NCBI RefSeq assembly: GCF_004010195.1
Contig: NC_057749.1
Span: forward strand, 19,801,946-19,857,078
Source of the DNA: Chiloscyllium plagiosum
Taxonomy: Eukaryota
Direction of reading: 5' to 3'
DNA length: 55,133 bases
Of this stretch, positions 36,122-49,134 are shown piece by piece. Position numbers and translations under genes: made by a program. Each line of letters begins with the position of its first letter. The first letter of the stretch is position 1. Below the pieces are notes generated by a model. It did not search any database. It was given only the letters and a program-made list of their open reading frames with translations, and was not told the DNA's origin.

Positions 36122-37770
36122 TAGAACATAGATCATAGAACATAGAACAATACAGCACAGAACAGGCCCTTCGGCCCATGATATTGTGCCGAACATTTGT
36201 CCTAGCTTAAGCACCTATCCATGTACCTATCCAATTGCCGCTTAAAGGTCACCAATGATTCTGACTCTGCCACACTCACAGGCAGTGCATTCCATGCCCC
36301 CACCACTCTCTGGGTAAAGAACCCACCCCTGACATCTTCCCTATACCTTCCACCCTTCACCTTAAATTTATGTCCCCTTGTAACACTCTGTTGTACCTGG
36401 GGAAAAAGTCTCTGTCTATCTATTCCCCTTCGTCGTTCCAATGAGAAAAGGCCTAGCACTCTCAACCTATCCTCGTACGACCTATTCTCCATTCCAGGCA
36501 ACATCCTGGTAAATCTTCTCTGCACCCTCTCCAAAGCTCCCACATCTTTCCTAAAGTGAGGCGACCAGAACAGCACACAGTACTCCAANNNNNNNNNNNN
36601 NNNNNNNNNNNNNNNNNNNNNNNNNNNNNNNNNNNNNNNNNNNNNNNNNNNNNNNNNNNNNNNNNNNNNNNNNNNNNNNNNNNNNNNNNNNNNNNNNNNN
36701 NNNNNNNNNNNNNNNNNNNNNNNNNNNNNNNNNNNNNNNNNNNNNNNNNNNNNNNNNNNNNNNNNNNNNNNNNNNNNNNNNNNNNNNNNNNNNNNNNNNN
36801 NNNNNNNNNNNNNNNNNNNNNNNNNNNNNNNNNNNNNNNNNNNNNNNNNNNNNNNNNNNNNNNNNNNNNNNNNNNNNNNNNNNNNNNNNNNNNNNNNNNN
36901 NNNNNNNNNNNNNNNNNNNNNNNNNNNNNNNNNNNNNNNNNNNNNNNNNNNNNNNNNNNNNNNNNNNNNNNNNNNNNNNNNNNNNNNNNNNNNNNNNNNN
37001 NNNNNNNNNNNNNNNNNNNNNNNNNNNNNNNNNNNNNNNNNNNNNNNNNNNNNNNNNNNNNNNNNNNNNNNNNNNNNNNNNNNNNNNNNNNNNNNNNNNN
37101 NNNNNNNNNNNNNNNNNNNNNNNNNNNNNNNNNNNNNNNNNNNNNNNNNNNNNNNNNNNNNNNNNNNNNNNNNNNNNNNNNNNNNNNNNNNNNNNNNNNN
37201 NNNNNNNNNNNNNNNNNNNNNNNNNNNNNNNNNNNNNNNNNNNNNNNNNNNNNNNNNNNNNNNNNNNNNNNNNNNNNNNNNNNNNNNNNNNNNNNNNNNN
37301 NNNNNNNNNNNNNNNNNNNNNNNNNNNNNNNNNNNNNNNNNNNNNNNNNNNNNNNNNNNNNNNNNNNNNNNNNNNNNNNNNNNNNNNNNNNNNNNNNNNN
37401 NNNNNNNNNNNNNNNNNNNNNNNNNNNNNNNNNNNNNNNNNNNNNNNNNNNNNNNNNNNNNNNNNNNNNNNNNNNNNNNNNNNNNNNNNNNNNNNNNNNN
37501 NNNNNGTCATTCTCATGTTTCTCACATACGCATAAAAGGCCTTGGGGTTATCCTTGATCCTACCCGCCAAAGATTTTTCATGCCCTCTCTTAGCTCTCCT
37601 AATCCCTTTCTTCAGCTCCCTCCTGACTATCCTGTATCCCTCCAACGCTCTGTCTGAACCTTGTTTTCTCAACCTTATGTACGCCTCCTTCTTCCTCTTT
37701 ACTAGACATTCAACCTCCCTTGTCAACCAAGGTTCCCTCACACGACCATCTCTTTCCTGCCTGACAGGTA
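36122..37770 (-). mobile_element. Relatively young CR1 (HER1-like) ORF2 3' part spanning an assembly gap
   Basis: EYCVLFWSPHFRKDVGALERVQRRFTRMLPG and REPWLTREVECLVKRKKEAY...IKDNPKAFYAYV, plus a (catagaa)n tail. Confidence 0.92.
36589..37505. other. Assembly gap (N run)
   Basis: Run of N bases. Confidence 1.
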
Positions 37771-38992
37771 CAGGTTATATATTAAGACTTTGATATTAGC
37801 TCAAATATATATGTGCTAGTGGAATGTGCAGTTTTCTCTCCAGAGATTCTGCCAGACCTGCTGAGTTTCTCCAGCAATCTGTGCTTTTGTTCTAGTTTCT
37901 AATGTTGTGGGAGATAACATAATCTTCGCCACATCAGATAAAAGATATTATTTGAGATATATTCACACCACTGTCCATGTGTTGGCAAGCTAGTTCATGT
38001 TAAGATGAACTGTTCATCTAGCAGGTAGTAGTGGGCAGCCAACAGTTAACTGATGATTCATATTGGACAACTTCAGTCAACAAAACAGCAAAAAGTCATG
38101 TCTAGTCAACCAGAAACAAGAGCTGGTGTTCTAAAGTAGATTGATTGAAAACAATTGTTTTTATTCAGTGTATTTTCTTTACTGTTTGTTTTGATAATCT
38201 TCATATATTCTGCAAAACTAGTGAAAACATACTGGGATTCCTGAAATAGGTCTTATAACTAATCAAAATTAGAAAAGTTTAGATAGATTCTCTCAAACTC
38301 AGTCTATAATTGTAATTGAGACACAATGGTAGTGCCCCTATTCTTGGCCAGGAGGCCTGGGTTCAAGTCCCCCTGCGCCATAGGCATGTCATGAATTTTC
38401 TTTTTTAACAGGTTGATCAGAAGTATCTGTAATTGACAATGAAATTTAAAGTGAACCCCAAATTCAACACAACGGGTGACCCCAAACAGGCTCATAATCT
38501 GGAAACTCTCAATTCTTTATTCAAATTCATGCAACTGAAATTTATTTGAAATTCATTCATGGTATAAATGGCTGGGCCAGCATTTACTGCCCATCCCTAG
38601 TTCTCTTGACAAAGTGATGGTGACCAACTAATGTCCATTCAAATACCTTATCCCCAACCCACTGGTAGTGTCTATGAATTATTAAGTGTGAAGACTTGTT
38701 GTGAAAATGAAACAAACAATCAAAACAGTAATCAAATAACAAGCAGGCTTTGATGCCGTACGGAATTATTGAGCATGTGTAATTTAAATGAGATGGTTAC
38801 TTTGGGAGTTGTAATTCTGTTACATGCCATATAAACTGGTTTTCAATAAAATATGTGACAGCATCACACTATTTATTAAACTAATGGTTGCTTGTGCTCT
38901 TTTTTTCCCCGTTTATGGTATGAGCATCAGTGGCAAAGTTGGCATTTGTTTCCTTAGAAACAGAAGGCCCACGTCAGGTGGATAGACATGTG

Positions 38993-39035
38993 ATGTTTGT
39001 GTGTGTGTGTGTCTGTCTGTGTGTATCTGTGTGTT
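38993..39035. repeat. Imperfect (GT)n microsatellite
   Basis: gtttgtgtgtgtgtgtgtctgtctgtgtgtatctgtgtgt. Confidence 0.75.
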
Positions 39036-39266
39036 TAGGGATTGCAGGCCTCATAGAACCAATGGAGCATCCTGCAACAGTCATAACTCTCCCTTCATCA
39101 TTTCCCCTGCCTCTTAAATTAAGCACCACATCCACCCCAACTTCTTCAAAGCCAGAACCTGGTTAGCTTGGTCCCAACACTTTTTTTCCTCATGTCATCA
39201 TTCCTTCTTTTGCCAATCATTTTACACTGGAGTCCTCTTGTTCTCAAGTGAGAGCCATGTTACTCT

Positions 39267-40156
39267 CGGCGAAAGTGAGAAGCGCAGATGCTGGAGGCTA
39301 GAGACAAGATTAGAGTGGTGCTGGAAAAACACAGCAGGTCAGACAGCATCCAAGGAGCAGGAAAATCGATGTTTCGGGAGTGACTATGGAGGAGATCCAG
39401 GACCTGCATGTCCTCAGCAGAGTGGAGGGGGAGTTGAAATGTTGGGCCATGGGGCGGTGGGGTTGATTGGTGCAGATGTCCTGGAGATGTTCCCTGAAGC
39501 GCTCTGCGAGAAGGTATCCAGTCTCCTTGGATGCTGCCTGGCCTGCTGTGCTTTTCCAGCACCACTCTAACCTTGACTCTAGTCTCCAGCATCTGTGGTC
39601 CTCACGTTCGCCTAGTTGATTATAACCTGACTGTGAATCCTCTTGCAAGGATGCCTATCTTGAAGACGTTCTCCTCCTCTCTCTACAAGGACCTCAGTGA
39701 GTCTCTCTCACACTGTAACCCCCAGGTCATCTCCTCTGCCCTGAAGCTCTTCAATCATGTCCTGAAACAGACTCATTACCACAGCCACATCTGGTTCCTC
39801 AGTATCCACTGTATTCTACTGTGTAGAATTTAAACTTAATTGTCAATTACAGATACTCCGCAACCAGCTAATCCCACATGGACTCCAGACTACAATCAGA
39901 CCAGCACAGTCAATCTTCCTTCCCACCTATCCGCTCCACCCTCCTCTCTGACCTATCACCTTTACCCCTTCCTACATCTACCTATTACAGTTTCAACTAC
40001 CTTCTCCCCAGTCACACCCCCTCCCATTTATCTTCCCCCTCCCCAACCCCAGCTTCCAGCCTCATTCCTGATGAAGGGCTCCTGCCTGAAGCATTGATTT
40101 TCCTGCTCCTCGGATGCTGCCTGGCCTGCTGTGCTTTTACAGCACCACTCTAAACA
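39267..40156. mobile_element. Rearranged Penelope element (pLTRs in both orientations, inverted GIY-YIG piece, 5' ORF piece)
   Basis: Minus ORF ETGYLLAERFREHLQDICTNQPHRPMAQHFNSPS. Imperfect 10-bp TSD atgt(t/c)actct at 39257-39266 and 40157-40166. Confidence 0.85.
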
Positions 40157-40504
40157 ATGTCACTCTGCCAACTGTAGCAAACAATCTCCAATATATAAGT
40201 TGAACAAAATTAAATTTAACAAATTAAAATATAAAGCCCTTCTTGGTGTAAATTACAGACTCTCATTTGTACCCAGGAGTCACAGACAGCCTCAAGTGTA
40301 CCAGTGACTCTGTGTGGCAGGCTCATAGCTGCAGCAGAGATAGGTTGGTAGTCAACCTATCTCTGTTCCTTGCTGCCTGAAGGTGAAGCCTGTTAACTGA
40401 CCCAAGGTGGCTGGTGAGGTAGAAATTAAACCACATGCTTTTTCCTTTATGAAGTTTATTGACTTTGTCAATCTCCAAGTACCCCAATGTCCTGGCTATT
40501 CCCT

Positions 40505-40775
40505 TTCCACACGTGGATATTTTCTAATCATCCCATTCAGAAACGCATTATACTCCTCTGGAGCAGGAGGGACTTGAATTTAGATTTCCTGGCTCAGAGG
40601 TAGGGACACGGACACTGACACTGTGCTACAGGACCCACTTTTCTTTACATGTAGCTATTTTCCTAATCAACCTGTTCAGGGATGTTACTGGACACCTCTG
40701 GAGCAGGTGGGTCTTGAACCCAGGTCTTCTGGCTCAGAAGTAGGGATACTACAACCACATCATTAGAGCCCTCTT
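40505..40775 (-). repeat. Head-to-tail dimer of a ~135-bp tRNA-derived short element
   Basis: Two copies of tatttt.ctaatca....ttcag...cctctggagcagg.ggg.cttgaa...ag.t...ctggctcaga.gtaggga.ac. Confidence 0.75.
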
Positions 40776-43019
40776 TTTTTACATATGAAAAGAAATCCAT
40801 CACTTGTTTTACTTTAACAATATAATTGACAAGGCATTAGCATGACTGGTCAATTTAGCCAGACTGAGAGCAGTAGAAGCATGATTAACATGTATAGAGT
40901 ACATTCATTATTCAGCTAAAGGTCCCTATCACATATTTAGAAAACCAACATCTTTTACTCTTGGTCCTGTTTTGCAACTGTTACATGGAGGTAACAGCCA
41001 TGTCAGAAACTATGAAATGCTGTCAGGACAATTCCAGAAAATGCCTTATGGTAAAATGTCTCTTCAGTTATTATCTATGTGCTCCTTTCTGTTATGCAGT
41101 GCTGCCCGATGGTGAAATGTGAATCAATAAATATTCCCTCGTACCAGCTAAACTCGTTCATGAACTTTCTCACCTCATCATGTGGGATTGATTGAATTGG
41201 ATTGGCTCTGAGATCCACGTCAAGGCTACATCATCTCTTATGTGGTTCAATGAGGTCTTTCTTATTCAGTTCATGCCCTGGATGGTTTGAGTCAAGCCCC
41301 AAATGCAACAACTTGCATTAATATAGTGTCTTTAATGGCGTAAAACATCCCAAGTTGCTTCACAAGAGTATTTGCAAACCAGATTTGACACTGATACGCA
41401 CCATTGTTCTACATCATTTGACTGACCCATTATTATAATCATCCAGTGATCAAGGCATCGACATTTAGGACTAAGATGAGATGAAATTCCTTCAAGCAGA
41501 GCCTGTTGATCTTTGGAATTCACAATCCCAGAGAGCTGTGGATGGTTAGTGTGGGAGAGTGAAGTGGAGATAGAAGATCAGCCATGATCTTATCAAATGG
41601 CTCAGAGGCCAACTCCAGTTCCTATTTCTTTTGTTCCAATAACTATTGATGTCTCTCCAGCTCTGGGCCTGCATCTCTGTGAAAAGGAATGATGTCAGGA
41701 ATCCTTCTACAGCTTGCCTTGGTGGGTATAGTTCTTTGATGAGTTCCTGAGGATTGTATCTCAATGTTGCACGTTGTGGCACTGTGACAATATTGCTGGA
41801 TTAGTTAAGCAACATCTTGGGCAAATACCAGCAGAGCACTTTGAAAACGTGAACTCATTTTACAAGAATTTGTAACTACCATTTCCACTCTGACACAGAA
41901 ATACTCAATGACACCTTCAAATTCTGTCCTCAAGTCTGGCAAAGTGATATAATTGTGCACAGGCTGAGTTATCAAACAAGCAAAAACCAACCAACCACCC
42001 TGGCAACTCAGAGACGGACCTAAATATAGTCTTCTATTGTGTGTAGCCACTGTGTACAATAAGACAGACAGCAGCAGGGTTACTTTAGAAATGCCTGAGT
42101 GACAACACAAGGGCCAGACATCCTTGTATAAGGTAGCCAGCAAACTGGTTGGGTGGAATGTTCCAACATTTAGCTTAATGTCAATTTTGGGAAGTAGCAC
42201 AGAAGGTTTCCTTCTGTTAGCCCTAGCATCTTCGTGGAATTTTACACTGCTCACCTGATTAAGTATGCACTGCACCTCTACAGCACCTCTCCTGCACAAT
42301 CTTGCATGAAACAGCAGAGGAAGTGTTTTCCAGGCCCATACCGTGGTCATGCCACAGGCACTATATTTAAACCCCAGCTTCACACCATTTCAAATACTAG
42401 CAGCTGATCTGAATTAGCTCCCGGGTCAGTGCAGTGTCCCTGATCTGGATGGTGATGTTGCAGGACCCTCTGTGCTCTGCAATGGTAAGTGTCACCATTT
42501 TCACTCTGCTGCCTCATCATTGCTCTAACTCTGACAATCGCACTCACCTCGCAATGAGACAATGACCTACAGTATTTACTATTGTGTGCAGCATCTACCC
42601 TCACACACCCCATCCTGCAAACTATGTACTCCTCCTTCCCTCTGCATTTCTGACTCCCTCAGTTAAGACACCCCAGCACCTTTCCTGACTGCGTGCACCA
42701 ACCCCCCAAATGGCCATAGTCTCCCTTTACTGGACTGTTTCACTTAAACTTGCAGACACAGTCTTTTGGTTGAAGCACGTGCAGTCTATATTTGCTGTGT
42801 TAACTACTGCCACATGCTATAGGTGTAATGTTGATGTAGCCTGGCGTTGTACACCAACAGGTCCTTGTCTGTTCAGTGCTATCACACATGGCAAGCTGCC
42901 TAGCTTTGTGTCTGTACAGAAAGGTATGGCAGAGCTGCTATGAGAACCCAAGTAAGTGCAAGGTGAGTGAACACTAAGAAAATAAGCTAAGATGATCCCT
43001 AGAGGCAGGGCCAGAGGAG

Positions 43020-43475
43020 GTTCACAAGAATGATCCTGGAAATAAAGGACTTGTTGGATGAGGAGTAGTTGAGGACTCTGGGTCTGTGCTCCAAGGAGTT
43101 TCAAAGGATGAGGAGGGAATCTGATCGAAACCTACAAAATACTGAGAGATCTGGGTCGAGTGGGTTTGGAGAAGTTGTTTCCATTTGTGGGAGAGTTTAG
43201 AACCCAAGGGCACAACCTTGGAGTGAAGGGATGACCTTTGAGAATGAAAAAAGGAGGAATTTCTCGGGCTAGAGTTTGGTTAATCTGGGAAACATTGCAG
43301 CAGAAGGCTGCTGAGGTCAAGTCGTTGAGTGTCTTTAAGACAGAGTTAGATAGAATCTTGATTAGAAAGGGGATTGAGGGTTGGGGGGAAGGCAGGAAAA
43401 TGGGGTTGAGAAAACATAATCTGTAATCAAATAATGGAACAGACTCAATGGGCTGAATGGCCTAATTCTGCTCTG
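43020..43475 (+). mobile_element. CR1 3' fragment
   Basis: aggttcacaagaatgatcctgg...LRTLGLCS.EF.RMR..LIETYKIL and KSLSVFKTELDRIL. Confidence 0.85.
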
Positions 43476-43764
43476 ATGCATGAAACAGGTGCCTGTCCCT
43501 GTATACACAATGCGGGCTGGCAGCAGCATTGCAATGTAAGATGTTGGTCAATTCCATAGTGCTATTGAAGTGGTTAACTGTATCATAAGTGATTCCAAGA
43601 TGGGCCTTGATGATGTGGAGAGATAGAGCTTTGCCAATTCCAACCTCCATGGATGAGGGTGTAGATACAAATTGCTGTTGCCCTTGGAATGCCGCCTGAG
43701 GTGTTGGGGAACACTGGCCAACCTGGACTTACAGAGAAAATGCTTGCGAGTGGGAGCCATAAAA

Positions 43765-44900
43765 ACATAAGATGTAGGAGTTGAAACAGGCCATTCAGCC
43801 CATCAAGTCTGCTCTGCCATTTAGTGAGATCATGGCTGAGCTAATAATCCTCAACATTTTCCTGCATCTTCCCCATAATTCTTCATTCCCTTCCTAATTA
43901 AAAATCTGCCTATCTCAGCCTTGAATGTACTTAATGACCCAGTCTTGACAGCCCTCTGTGGTAAAGAATTCCACAGATTCACTACCATTTAAGATGTCTG
44001 TATTTAATGCTTGGTTCCTTATTCTGAGATATGCCCTCAGCTCCTAGGCTCTCCCACAAAGGGAAAGAACCTTTCTGTGTATACCCTGTCAAGCCTCCAA
44101 AGAATCTTGATTGTTTCAATGAAGTCACCTCTCATTCTTTTAAATTCCAAAGAGCACAGGCCCAACTTTTTCTCATAAGACAATCTCTCCATACCTGTTA
44201 TCAGCTGAGTGAACCTTCTCTGGACTGCCTCCAGTGCCGGGATATCTTTCCTAAGATAAGGGACCCAAATAAGGGGAAAGTTCACAGTACTCCAACTGTA
44301 GTCTGACTAATGCCTTGAAAAGTTTGGCAAAGCCTCCTTACTTTTACACTCTATTCCTTTGAAATAAAAGTCAACTTTCCATTTGTTTTCCCTATTCCTG
44401 CCAAACTTGATTGCTTGTTTTTTCATGTTTCATGGACAAATCCTTCTCTTCTGTAGCTTTTGCAGTCTTTCTCCATTTAAATAACAATCAACCCATCTGT
44501 TCTTCCAGCCAAAGTGCATCACCCTACATTATATTCCATCTGCTAAGCTTTGTCCATGTGCTTAACATGTCTATATCTCTCTGCCGACTCCTTGCGTCAC
44601 CCTGACCACAAACCTGGGGATATGCATTCATTTCTGCCATCCCAGTCATTAATATGCACTGTAAATATTTGTGGCCCCGGCACTGATCCCTGTGGCACTC
44701 CGTTAGTAACAGGTTGGCATCCTCAACATTGCGAACACGAGGACTGCAGATGCTGGAAACCAGAGTTTAGATCAGAGCAGTGCTGGAAAAGCACAGCAGG
44801 TCAGGCAGCTTCCGAGGAGCAGGAAAATTGACGTTTCGGGCAAAAGCCGGAATGAACATTGCACCCCCCTTTATCACAACTCTCTGTCTTTTATAAGACA
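43765..44900 (-). mobile_element. CR1 3' fragment with a Penelope pLTR insertion (44733-44854)
   Basis: WVPYLRKDIPALEAVQRRFTQLITGM...RGDFIETIKIL. The insertion is flanked by an 8-bp duplication aacattgc. Confidence 0.88.
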
Positions 44901-45414
44901 AAGACCTGTAAATGATGGAGACCTGAAACAGAAACTGAAATTGGGGTGAAACTTCAGCAGACCTGGCAGCACCTGTGGGAAAAAAAACAGAGTTAAAGGC
45001 TCCAATCCAGTGACTCTTCATCAGATGCTTTTGTCTCTGTCTTCTATTACTCACTGCCAATTAAACTCTCTAACTTTCAAATCTGGAATCGGTGGGATCT
45101 CGTTTCTCACCAGTCCCTGGGAGAATCACAACCTGAATACAAGTAAGGTGAGATTTGGTCATTGTGAGATAATAATACATGTGAATTAGGTCATCACCAC
45201 TCCCTGGCAGGATTCTTATCTAGCTGTTAAAAATTCAGGGGAAAAATCAAACATTTTTATCTCAATGTCAAGATTCTAATGATTTTCATCCTTGTGTATT
45301 TCCCCAACTTTCTCGCTGTTGCCCACATTGTTCAGTGGCTGGGAAAATTACTCCCATTGATTTGTTTGTTACGCTAGACTGACACATAATTTGGTATTTT
45401 ACAGCGCAATACAG

Positions 45415-46190
45415 CTGTGGTCACACTCTTCCTTTAGAGTCAGATGGTTGTGTCCTATCCTAGGACTAAGGCTCAAAGATCCAGGCTGACACTCCAGTGC
45501 ATTACTAATGGAGATCTGCACTGCTGGAGTTGGAAGTTTTGGGTGATATGTTACTGATGAAGGACTTTTGCCCAAAATGCCGATTTTCCTGCTCCTCTTA
45601 TGCTGCTTGACCTGCTGTGCTTTTCCAGCACCACTCTATAACCTTGACTCTAATCTCCAGCATCTGCAGTCCTCACTTTCGCCCTGTTAAACTATGGGCC
45701 AGTGGATGCAAATAATTCTGTGGCACTATTTTGAAGAATGGCAGGGCCAATATTTATCATTCCATCAACATCACAAAAACTGATTAACTGATCATTAACT
45801 TCCAGTTGTCTGTTACAGCTTGCTGTGTGCAAATTGGCTGCTACATCCTACATTACGGGCGGCACGGTGGCACAATGGTTAGCACTGCTGCCTCACAGCG
45901 CTAGAGACCCGGGTTCAATTCCTGCCTTAGGCGACTCTCTGTGTCGAGTTTGCACACTATCCCTGTGTCTGCATGGGTTTCCTCCGGGTGCTCCGGTTTC
46001 CTCCCACAATCCAAAGAAGTGCAGGTTAGGTGAATCAGCCATGCTAAATTGCCTGTAGTGTTAGGTGAATGGGTAAATGTAGGAGAATGGGTCTGGGTGG
46101 ATTGCGCTTCAGCGGGTCGGTGTGGACTTGTTGGGCCGAAGGGCCTGTTCCACACTGTAAGTAATCTAATCTGATTACAACAGTTGCCAC
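45415..46190 (+). mobile_element. DeuSINE (SacSINE1-like) carrying a nested Penelope pLTR (~45553-45684) and an HE1 SINE
   Basis: ggctgacactccagtgca...ggcactattttgaagaa...gccaatatttat...gcttgctgtgtgcaaattggctgc...ctacattac|HE1|aacag. Confidence 0.75.
45857..46172 (+). mobile_element. HE1-type V-SINE, full length
   Basis: Complete head, V-domain and aatct tail, with attac duplicated at both flanks. Confidence 0.93.
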
Positions 46191-46299
46191 TGCCACAACG
46201 GATTTGTTGAGCTCTGGCCCTAATTTTTGTTTCAGATCTCCAACATTGCAGTGCTTTGTATTAAAGAAGACAGAGAGTTGTGATAAGGGAGAGCATTTT

Positions 46300-46622
46300 G
46301 GGCGGCACGGTGGCTCAGTTGTAGGCACTGCTTCTTCACAGCGCCAGCGACCCGGTTCAATTCCAGCCTCGGGTGACTGTCTGTGTGGAGTTTGCACGTT
46401 CTCCCCGTGTCTGCGTGGGGTTCCTCCGGGTGCTCCGGTTTCCCCCACAATCCAAAGATGCGCAGGTCAGGTGAATTGGCCATGGTAAATTGCCTATCGT
46501 CTTAGGTGCATTAGTCAGGGATAAATACAGGGTAGGGGACTGGGTCTGGGTGGGTTGCTTTTCGGGGGGTCGGTGTGGACCTGTTGGGCTGAAGGGCCTG
46601 TTTCCAGACTGTAGGGAATCTA
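46300..46622 (+). mobile_element. HE1-type V-SINE, full length
   Basis: Complete head, V-domain and tail, with atttt(g) duplicated at the flanks. Confidence 0.93.
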
Positions 46623-46770
46623 ATTTTGAAGATGCCAACCTCTAACTAATGGAGAGCCACAGAGGTCAGTGCTGGAGCCACAATTATGGCCACTCTTCAA
46701 AAAATATTCCATTAACTGTAAAGTTCTTTAGACAGCTCGTGGTGGGCATGAAAGATACTTGGGAATGCAA

Positions 46771-47113
46771 GTCATAGAATCCCTTCAGTGTGGAAGCAGG
46801 CTATTCGGTCTGTCGAGTCCACACCAAACCTTCAATGAGCAACCTAAACAGACCCACCCCCTACCCTATCCTTGTAATCCCACATTTCCCATGGCTAACT
46901 CACCTAGTCTCTACATCCCTGGACACTATGAGACAATTTCCCATGGCGAGTCCATCCAATCTGCACATCTTTGGACTGTGGGAGGAAACTGGAGCACCCA
47001 GAGAAAACCCACGCAGACACGGGGAGAGTGTGCAAACACCATACAGACAGTCGTCCAAGGGTGGAATCAAACCCAGGTCCCTGGCATGGCTAACCACTGA
47101 GCCACCTGCCGCC
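46771..47113 (-). mobile_element. HE1-type V-SINE
   Basis: Reverse-complement HE1 consensus. Confidence 0.9.
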
Positions 47114-49134
47114 CTCTCTTTCACTATCATTCTGTAGATAAATCTTGGCATTGTTTCCAAAATTAAATCAAGCTCACAAACATTTCAGTTCCTGCATCCA
47201 TTACATTTTCAAATTCTACAAGCAGAAAATACTGAAACAAAAACAGGAACAATACTTTTTGCCTCAAAAAACGCTCAAAATTCAGATCCCGTCCAAAAGA
47301 TTCCTCTATGTAAATTAAAACATTTAGGAAAATGGTTAGCATCTTATTTATTAGGTATTTCTCTGGTAGTCTCAGAGCCAACAGCTCAGTTGGCATGTTT
47401 ATGAGTGTGAAAGATTCGGTGAAAGTGATACTGGGTCGATCAATTGTAACAGCTTCCAGTTTACCCTGCCACCCATCTCATTGGCTGTGACCATCTCTGC
47501 CCATCTTTCAGCTGAAGCTGATTGGCTTTCATAGACTTCAGCCTGCCCCCCAACTTCCACGATTGGACAGATGCTCCTGCTTTCTGAGTCATCTGGTTGG
47601 GTGATATTTACAACCCTCTCTTCCCCAGGGGGGAGAAGCATTTGAGTTTCTTTAAGATACTTGGTTTGGAACACTGCCTCATCAGCTCAAAGTTACAATG
47701 CTTGACCTCAATGCAGTGGCTTATCTGGAGGACCTCCATAATCTCCTGTTTCCTCTGGACGATGTCTGGGTTTAACCTCATGTCTGAAGGAGGGCACCTC
47801 CAACATTGCAGTACATCCTGGATTTGTGCTCAGGTCTGGGGAGATCCAGTGATCTGGTCACTTCCCTCTCCCCACTCCCTCAGCTGACCAAATATCAGGA
47901 GTGTTTGGCTAAATGTAATTAAAACTTTGAGAAGTAGTCCATTACTTAGTCTATGGTCGTCACTGTAAATGATACAAGGAAAATCCCAAAAATAGCTTAA
48001 CATCAGGAAATGGGAGGGCGGGAAGAAGTCAAGAAAATTACAATCCCCAGGGAAGTAGTACTGAGCAAATAGTTGTAGTTGCAAGCTGATAATCCTCTGG
48101 GTCTTCATGGACTTCATCCTAGGGGGTTAAAAGAAGTAACGAGTGAAACAGTTGACGCATTTTTTTTACTTTTCCAAAATTCCCTAGATTAATGGAAGGT
48201 TCCATGAGATTGTAAAATAGTGAATGTAAGTCCTTTTCAAAAAGCAGAAAACTACAGGCCAGTTTGGTCCACATCTGTCACAGGGAAAAGGTTAGACGCT
48301 ATTATTAAAGACGATGTAGCAAGTCACTTAGAGAAGTTCACGGTATTATTCAGGCAGAAATAACACAGTTTTGTGAAAGGGAAAATCATGCTCAACTAAT
48401 TTATTGGAGTTATTTGAAGAAATAACATTTGCTATGGATAAAAGGAAATTGGTGGTTGTCTTTATCTGGATTTCCAAAAGGTATTTGAGAAGGTGTCTCA
48501 GCTAATGTTATTGTAGACAATAAGACTCTTGGTATGGGGGCAACATATTGACATGGGTAGAAGATTAGCAAATAGAGAGAAAGCAAAAATGGGTCATATT
48601 GTGGTTGGCAAAATTAGTGAATGGTGCACCACAGAAGTCAGTGCTGAAGACTCACTTTTTAAAATTTATATAATTTACTTGGATGAAAAGACCAAAGGTA
48701 TGGTTGCTAAATTTGCTAATGACACAGAAATAGGTGGGAAAGTGTATTGTGAAGATGATGCAAATAAACTACAAAAAAAATTAGTTAACAAAAATCCAGC
48801 CAATGGGGTATGATGTGATGCAATGTGAAATTGTCCATTTGGCAGCATATTATCAAAATAGTGAGGACATTTTATCTAAATACAGAGCCCTGTGATGCAG
48901 GAGGATCTGGGTAGCCTCATGCATCATTTGTAAAAGATTAGTGTGCTGGAACAGCAAGCAAGTAGGAAAGCTGATAGAATGTTTATTTTGAGGCGAGCTG
49001 AATAAAAATATGGAGGTTAAACAGGGAGTTGGTGAGACCACATCTGGAGTACTGTGTATGGCATTAATCTCCGTATTTAAGGAAAAACATAAATGCAGTT
49101 CAGAGAAGGTGTACCAGACTGATACCTGGAATGG

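Noticed and set aside
36551..37741. 396-aa and 333-aa ORFs
   Set aside because: Artefacts of translating through the N gap in a CR1.
45857..45930. tRNA genes
   Set aside because: tRNA-like heads of HE1 SINEs that continue directly into the SINE body, with no complete cloverleaf.
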